Shown here piece by piece: positions 58,983 to 64,000 of a stretch of DNA of 64,000 nt (positions are counted from its first letter, which is position 1; each line of letters opens with the position of its first letter). The notes beneath the pieces are model-generated. The model ran no database searches, was not told where the DNA came from, and worked only from the letters and a program-made list of their open reading frames with translations. Both the position numbers and the translations under genes were made by a program. Origin of the DNA: an uncultured Actinomycetota bacterium (GTDB lineage: Bacteria; Actinomycetota; UBA4738; HRBIN12). The DNA lies in assembly GCA_963839395.1 (NCBI GenBank), contig CAWIUW010000004.1:37545-101544 (forward strand). Direction: 5' to 3'.

Positions 58983-60047
58983 ATGACGCATCCCGGGACG
59001 ACAGGAGAGACGGTGACGGACGAAGAGACGCCGCAGGAGACCGCGCCGGAGATGGATCCGGAGACGGGCAGCGGAGCCACTCCCGAAGCGATGCCGCAGA
59101 CCGAGGACCCGGGTGGCGGCGGCGAGAGTCTCCTCGTGGTCGACGACGACCCGTTCATCGCGCGTCTCCTCGAGATCGAGCTCAAGGCCGCGGGCTACGA
59201 CGTCCGGGTCGCGAGCGACGGCGAGCAGGCGTTGACCGCCGCGCAGGAGCGTCCTCCGCAGCTCGTCCTGGCCGACGTGATGATGCCGAACATGGACGGG
59301 TTCGAGCTGACGCGCCGGCTCCGACAGGATCCGCGGACGGCCACGGTCTCCGTGATCATGTTGACCGCTCGCGGGCTCTCGGCCGACAAGCTCGAGGGGT
59401 TCGCGATCGGCGCGGATGACTACATCGTGAAGCCGTTCGACACGCCGGAGCTGCTCGCGAGGATCCGTGGGGTCCTGAACCGCGCGAGCGACACGCGATC
59501 GCTGTCACCGATGACCGGACTTGCGGGCAACATCGCGATCGAGGACGAGATCGAGCGGCGCGTCGCCGCGGCCGATCCGTTCGCGGTCCTCTACGTCGAT
59601 CTCGACCGGTTCAAGTCCTACAACGACCGCTACGGCTTCCTCCGTGGGGACGAGGCCATCCGGGAGACCGCACGGGTGATCGGCGAGGCCGCCGCGCAGG
59701 TCGTCGGAGCGGAGACGTTCGTCGGGCACGCCGGCGGAGACGACTTCGTCGTCGTCGTGCCTCCCGAGCAGGCCACGGCCACTGCACAGCAGATCGTCCA
59801 GATGTTCGACGAGATGGTGCCGGCGCTCTACGACGTGGACGACCGCACCAACGGCTACGTCGAGGTCACGAACCGACGTGGCGATCTCCAGCGGTCCCCG
59901 TTGCTGACGCTTTCGATCGGGATCGCCTCGACGGAGAAGCGGGCGTTCCGTCACTACGCGGAGGCCGTCACCGTCGCCATGGAGATGAAGCAGTTCACGA
60001 AGGACACGGGTGCCTCGTCGTGGTCGATCGATCGCCGCTCGAGCTGA
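58983..60047 (+). CDS. Response regulator: REC + GGDEF-type domain with a GGDDF variant motif; acidic Pro/Thr/Glu-rich N-terminal extension
   Basis: REC LLVVDDDPF...LADVMMPNMDG...KPF. GGDEF-domain RFKSYNDRYG...AGGDDFVVVVP. Confidence 0.75.
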   Translation: MTHPGTTGETVTDEETPQETAPEMDPETGSGATPEAMPQTEDPGGGGESLLVVDDDPFIARLLEIELKAAGYDVRVASDGEQALTAAQERPPQLVLADVMMPNMDGFELTRRLRQDPRTATVSVIMLTARGLSADKLEGFAIGADDYIVKPFDTPELLARIRGVLNRASDTRSLSPMTGLAGNIAIEDEIERRVAAADPFAVLYVDLDRFKSYNDRYGFLRGDEAIRETARVIGEAAAQVVGAETFVGHAGGDDFVVVVPPEQATATAQQIVQMFDEMVPALYDVDDRTNGYVEVTNRRGDLQRSPLLTLSIGIASTEKRAFRHYAEAVTVAMEMKQFTKDTGASSWSIDRRSS

Positions 60048-60546
60048 TCCACTGAACGCCGAGCCATCATCCGAGCGACGCCGGCGTCCGGTCGTCATCG
60101 AGGTCTCCGACACGATGCCGGGCCCACCCGATGTGGTGTGGGCGCTTCTCACGGATTGGGAGCACCAGGACGACTGGATGCTCGAAGCCTCCGGCTTCGA
60201 GGTGGTCGGCGAGCAGCGGGAGGGCGTCGGCGTGGAGGCACGCGCGACGGTTCGCATCGCGGGCATCAAGACCAGGGACACGATCCGGGTGAGCATGTGG
60301 GAGCCTCCGCGGATCCTGGTGATCGATCACCTGGGATGGGTGAAAGGCGCGGGTGAGATCCAGCTCCAGCCGGTCAGCGAGGGCACGAGGATGCGCTGGC
60401 GCGAGACCCTCTATGCGCCGAAGGCGCTGGGTCCCGTTGGCCGTCTCGGCCTCCGGCTAGCAGCACCGCTGATGCGCCGCATCTTCCGTCGTGACCTGCG
60501 GGTGCTTCGGAGCCTGGTCCGCACCCGGTCCACGGGCGGCTCGTGA
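60010..60546 (+). CDS. SRPBCC (START/polyketide-cyclase-like) family protein
   Basis: VIEVSDTMPGPPDVVWALLTDWEHQDDW... Start uncertain; it overlaps the previous gene by 38 nt. Confidence 0.55.
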   Translation: MPRRGRSIAARADPLNAEPSSERRRRPVVIEVSDTMPGPPDVVWALLTDWEHQDDWMLEASGFEVVGEQREGVGVEARATVRIAGIKTRDTIRVSMWEPPRILVIDHLGWVKGAGEIQLQPVSEGTRMRWRETLYAPKALGPVGRLGLRLAAPLMRRIFRRDLRVLRSLVRTRSTGGS

Positions 60547-60550
60547 CGCC

Positions 60551-61750
60551 TCAGTCGAGCGGGGTCGGCCGGGAGAGGTAGAAGCCCTGGCCGTAGCGGA
60601 CGCCGAGCTCACGGAGCGCGTGGAGCTCGCCCGCCGTCTCGATCCCTTCCGCCACGATCGTCATGTTCGTCTCGCCGGCGAAGGAGATCAGCGCTGCGGC
60701 GAGCGCCCGACGCCCCGCATCGCGGTCGATGCCTCTGGTGAGCGAGATGTCCATCTTCACCATGTCGGGCGCGAGCTGCAGCGCGTGCCGGAGGCTCGCG
60801 TAGCCCGCGCCGACGTCGTCGACCGCGACCCGCAGACCGCGCTCGCGCAGCGGCGCGAGCGCCTCCGCGAGCGCGCTGTAGTCCTCGATCGCTTCGTGTT
60901 CGGTGATCTCCAGCACGACGTGCCCCTCGACGCCGTCCAGCCGTTCCGCGAGCTCCGGGGACGCCGCGGCGTGATGCGAACAGTTGATGGCGAGGAAAGC
61001 CCCGTCCGGGATCTTCGGGAGCGCCTCGATCGCCTGCTTCACCGTGCGGAGCTGAAGCTGCAGCCCCAGCTCGAGGGCCGTCGCGTCGGCGAACCACTGG
61101 TCGGGCGGCTTCGCGGGGATCGAACCGAAGCGCGCGAGCGCCTCCACCCCGATCACGTCACGGGTCTCGAGGTCGACGATCGAGTGGAACACCATCCACA
61201 CCCCGTGACCCGAGACGAATCGTTCGATGTTGCCTCGGAGGGCTTGGTCCGCCTCCTGTTCGATCTCCTCACGGCGGAGCTGGGTCGCGAGCTCGGCGAC
61301 GACGCCGCCCAGCACCTCGGCCGAGAGGCTGGTGCCCCCCCGGGCCACCAGCTCGATCCCATCGACGAGCTCATCGGCCGCCGTGCCCTTGACGAGGTAG
61401 CCCACAGCACCCGCTCGGAGCATCTCCATCACGTTCTTCCGATCCTCGTACGCGGAGAGCGCGATCACGCGCGTCCCGGGGGAGACGCGCGAGATGCCGC
61501 GCGCTGCGTGCGGCCCGCCGCCCTCCGGCATTCGGACGTCGACGAGCGCCACGTCCGGCCGGTCAGACTCGGCGATCCGGATCGCCTCCTCGGCGTCGGC
61601 GGCCGTCCCGATGAGCTCGACCCGTTCCTCGTGGCTGAGGAGCTCCGTGAGGGCGACCCGCAGCGCCGGTTCGTCATCGGCGAGGAGCACCCGGATGGGA
61701 TCGACGGCGCCTCCGGCCTCGAACTCGATGAGGGTTCCGTCGGAGGCCAT
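60551..61750 (-). CDS. Response regulator: REC + EAL phosphodiesterase domain
   Basis: REC ([11 protein letters not shown]...DVRMP). EAL motif [17 protein letters not shown], and catalytic loop EGIETAGE. Confidence 0.8.
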   Translation of the reverse strand: MASDGTLIEFEAGGAVDPIRVLLADDEPALRVALTELLSHEERVELIGTAADAEEAIRIAESDRPDVALVDVRMPEGGGPHAARGISRVSPGTRVIALSAYEDRKNVMEMLRAGAVGYLVKGTAADELVDGIELVARGGTSLSAEVLGGVVAELATQLRREEIEQEADQALRGNIERFVSGHGVWMVFHSIVDLETRDVIGVEALARFGSIPAKPPDQWFADATALELGLQLQLRTVKQAIEALPKIPDGAFLAINCSHHAAASPELAERLDGVEGHVVLEITEHEAIEDYSALAEALAPLRERGLRVAVDDVGAGYASLRHALQLAPDMVKMDISLTRGIDRDAGRRALAAALISFAGETNMTIVAEGIETAGELHALRELGVRYGQGFYLSRPTPLD

Positions 61751-61850
61751 CGCGCGGACGGTACCTGTGAACCCGGGGTCACTCAAGCACCCGGGTAGCA
61801 TCTCTGCCGTAGCCCAGATGGAGGTTACCCATCCAGGGGTATCGCCCAAG

Positions 61851-63571
61851 ATGGAGGCAGCCAAGATGGAGCCGATGGACGCTCACGAGGTGCGTGCGCC
61901 GAGGGGATCCGAGCTGAGCTGCCGTTCGTGGCCGCAGGAGGCCGCGATGCGGATGTTGATGAACAACCTCGATCCCGAGGTCGCCGAACGGCCCGAGGAC
62001 CTCGTCGTCTACGGCGGCACGGGCCGCGCCGCCCGGTCCTGGGAGGCGTACGACGCGATCGTCCGCACGCTGAAGGGCCTCGGTGACGACGAGACGCTCC
62101 TTGTCCAGTCCGGGAAGCCGGTCGGCGTGTTCCGAACCCACGAGATGGCCCCTCGGGTCCTGATCTCGAACGCGATGCTCGTGCCGAAGTGGGCCGACTG
62201 GGAGACCTTCCGAGAGCTCGAGCACGCGGGGCTCACGATGTACGGCCAGATGACCGCCGGCTCTTGGATCTACATCGGGACGCAGGGGATCCTGCAGGGG
62301 ACCTACGAGACCCTGGCCGAGTGCGCCACGCAGCGGTTCGGTGGCACGCTCGCGGGCACGGTCACGCTGACCGGTGGGCTCGGGGGCATGGGGGGAGCGC
62401 AGCCGCTCGCCGTCACGATGAACGGGGGTGTGGCGATCTGCGTCGAGATCGATCCCGACAGGATCGAGCGGCGCATCAAGGGCCAGTACCTCGATCGGGA
62501 GACGGATTCCGTCGACGAAGCGCTCGCGTGGGCCGAGGAGGCGAAGAACGGCGCGAGAGCCGCTATCGATCGGCCTGCTCGGGAATTGCGCCGATGTGCT
62601 GCCGGCACTGCTCGCACAGGGCTTCCGGCCCGAGATCGTGACCGACCAGACGAGCGCGCACGATCCGCTCGGTGGCTACGTTCCGGCCGGGCTCACCCTC
62701 GAGGAAGCCTCGGCGCTCCGGGAACGGGACCCCGAGAACTACCAGCGGCGGTCCCACGAGTCGATGGCCCGCCACGTCGAGGCGATGGTCGGGTTCCTCG
62801 ACGCGGGCTCGGTCGTCTTCGACTACGGGAACAACCTGCGAGCGGGTGCGGAAACGGGCGGCTTCGAGCGGGCGTACGCCTACCCGGGCTTCGTCCCGGC
62901 GTTCGTCCGCCCGATGTTCTGCGAGGGGAAGGGGCCGTTCCGGTGGGCGGCGCTCTCCGGCGACCCGGAGGACATCGAGAAGACGGACAAGGCGGTCGCG
63001 GAGCTGTTCCCGGAGGACGAACGGCTGCTCGCGGTGGCTGCACATGGCGGGGGAGCGCGTCGCGCACCAGGGGTTGCCCGCGCGGATCTGCTGGCTCGGG
63101 TACGGGCAGCGCGCGAAAGCGGGGCTGCGTTTCAACGAGATGGTGGCGAGCGGCGAGCTCTCCGCGCCGATCGTGATCGGCCGGGATCATCTCGACAGCG
63201 GTTCCGTGGCCTCGCCGTACCGAGAGACCGAGGGCATGAAGGACGGCTCGGACGCGATCGCCGACTGGCCGATCCTGAACGCGCTGATCAACACCGCGGC
63301 CGGCGCCCACTGGGTGAGCGTGCACCACGGCGGTGGCGTGGGGATCGGCTACTCGATCCACGCGGGGATGGTCGTCGTCGCGGACGGCTCGGAGAACGCG
63401 GCGGCGCGCCTGGAGCGGGTCCTCACGACCGACCCCGGGACCGGCGTGATCCGGCACGCGGACGCCGGCTACGAGCGGGCGCTCGAGGTCGCAGCCGCGC
63501 GCGGGGTCCGCCTTGCCTTGGCGAGAGGAGTGATCCGGCCCCTTCGGGGATCGGATCCGATCTGCCGGTAG
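61851..63571 (+). pseudogene. hutU: Urocanate hydratase, interrupted by two indels (+4 nt near 62553-62560; +1 nt near 63031)
   Basis: Frame 0 matches HutU to ...AWAEEAKNG. Frame 1 continues [45 protein letters not shown]...[10 protein letters not shown]. Frame 2 finishes [21 protein letters not shown]...[20 protein letters not shown]... to the stop at 63571. Confidence 0.75.
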
Positions 63572-63580
63572 GCTCGAGCC

Positions 63581-64000
63581 GTGAAGGTCATCGAGCATCT
63601 GGCGAACGCGACGAACCCCTTCGTGAGCGTCGAGATCATCCCGCCACGCCGCGGGGCCAACGTGCAACGCATCTACGAAGCCGTGTCGTCCCTGATGCCG
63701 TACGAGCCACCGTTCATCGACATCACGAGCCACGCGGCGGAGACAGTGTGGGACGAGGTGCCCGGCGGTACCTACCGGCGTCGCGTGACGCGCAAGGCGC
63801 CGGGCACGTTCGGCCTGTGCGCCGCGATCAAGTACCGCTTCGACGTCGACCCGGTTCCGCACGTCCTCTGCAACGGGTTCACCCGCGAAGAGACGGAGGA
63901 CTCGCTGATCGAGCTGAACTACCTCGGGATCGAGAACGTCCTCGCGATCCGCGGGGACGGCGAGCGTCGGGCGCCGCCGGAAGGACGCAGCGCGAACGAG
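63581..64000 (+). CDS. metF: Methylenetetrahydrofolate reductase; N-terminal part, runs off the window edge
   Basis: [25 protein letters not shown]...[11 protein letters not shown]...[10 protein letters not shown]. Confidence 0.7.
   Translation, partial: MKVIEHLANATNPFVSVEIIPPRRGANVQRIYEAVSSLMPYEPPFIDITSHAAETVWDEVPGGTYRRRVTRKAPGTFGLCAAIKYRFDVDPVPHVLCNGFTREETEDSLIELNYLGIENVLAIRGDGERRAPPEGRSANE

Noticed and set aside
1-64000. CRISPR arrays, insertion sequences, integrases, tRNA/rRNA genes
   Set aside because: No direct-repeat arrays, no transposase- or integrase-like ORFs, and no tRNA-like T-loop or acceptor signatures found in intergenic regions.

Overview
High-GC (~70%) chromosomal window, most likely from an Actinomycetota genome. 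It is densely packed with housekeeping and accessory genes and shows no mobile elements, CRISPR arrays, rRNA or tRNA genes.

Main content, in order:
- An ogt / SCO1664-family / DUF3090 / histidine-phosphatase block.
- A large phosphate and polyphosphate supercluster: ppx/gppA; a SenX3-like kinase divergent from pstSCAB-phoU and a RegX3-like regulator, with PHO boxes in the shared intergenic region; then ppk1-CHAD-MutT1-like; then DUF47-pit.
- corA, ispH, and an MgtE-like transporter with a PhoU/TrkA-C partner.
- DNA repair (alkA) next to a CGNR zinc-finger regulator.
- A cyanophycin locus (cphB-cphA) with a DksA/TraR zinc finger, trehalose otsA/otsB, and a second CphA-like gene that has only the N and Mur-ligase (M) domains and no ATP-grasp domain. 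This paralog is the most unusual finding.
- A GABA/aldehyde catabolism set (gabT plus two aldehyde dehydrogenases) next to an orphan ABC permease.
- An F420/ferredoxin/cupredoxin redox neighbourhood and a multi-PAS histidine kinase.
- Reverse transsulfuration genes (cbs, metB), metF, a REC-GGDEF (motif GGDDF) / REC-EAL pair, and hutU.

Five frame-breaking indels fall in four otherwise well-conserved genes (pstS, pstA, an LLM F420 oxidoreductase, and hutU twice). All other long ORFs are intact. This is either genuine pseudogenisation (notably of the high-affinity Pst system while Pit is intact) or residual assembly indel error.

Many long ORFs on the opposite strand of real genes are high-GC artefacts.
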